Below are positions 63,742 through 64,000 of a stretch of DNA of 64,000 bases, one piece after another. The stretch covers positions 12,710,001 to 12,774,000 of the forward strand of contig NC_087252.1 of assembly GCF_037042905.1 (NCBI RefSeq), written 5' to 3'. The stretch is from Lytechinus pictus (Eukaryota). The notes under the pieces were generated by a model. It made no database searches and had not been told where the DNA came from. It worked only from the letters and a program-made list of their open reading frames with translations. Numbering within the stretch: the first letter of the stretch is position 1; the number at the start of each line of letters is the position of its first letter. Made by a program: the position numbers and the translations under genes.

Positions 63742-64000
63742 GGGTTAGTGGCTAGGGCGACCCCGATCCGATTGACCGTCAGATAGACAGATTTTCGACA
63801 CCATGCCAATTATAATTTCCTTTGTCGGGTGAAGGTGGGTTTTGAACAATGACAAGCCGCCATGCCTCAGCTGGATCAAAGCTATTGCTTCGATACAGTA
63901 CACGTATGGGAGAATACATACAAATGTGTAAAGTTATACATGTACAACAGCTTTTGGCACCTCTTTTTTTTTTGTATATTGTAAAGAATGGATGAAGAGA

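Larger units (their letters stand above)
61552..64000. repeat. 407-bp tandem array of tRNA-containing units (6 units plus the start of a 7th; continues past the window)
   Basis: tRNA 3' ends at 61658, 62065, 62472, 62879, 63263, 63670 (periods 407, 407, 407, 384, 407). Units are nearly identical. Confidence 0.97.

Overview
This is a gene-free, repeat-saturated eukaryotic window. The repeat families suggest a marine invertebrate, probably an echinoderm (inference only). No host protein-coding gene or CRISPR array is supported. Left to right: (1) the right end of an Academ-like DNA transposon (terminus at 3433) carrying a young, 5'-truncated CR1/L2-group LINE; (2) a ~149-bp satellite with CTCF-like motifs, interrupted by an 826-bp Harbinger-like MITE with a CAT target-site duplication (TSD); (3) a ~42-kb macrosatellite of ~12.3 x 3.37-kb units built from SINE, LINE and minisatellite debris; (4) non-autonomous DNA-element remnants and an internally deleted RTE LINE with a TSD and a structured 5' UTR; (5) a ~107-bp satellite with higher-order structure; (6) decayed LINE and SINE fragments; (7) a Penelope-like (GIY-YIG) 3' end with a type I hammerhead ribozyme, followed by (TA)24; (8) a 407-bp tandem array running off the window. 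The best candidate for novelty is that last array. Every unit carries a fully paired 72-nt tRNA cloverleaf on the minus strand, with a tRNA-Glu-like body, anticodon UCA (would read UGA), Pol III A/B boxes and a T6 terminator, inside a highly self-complementary unit.
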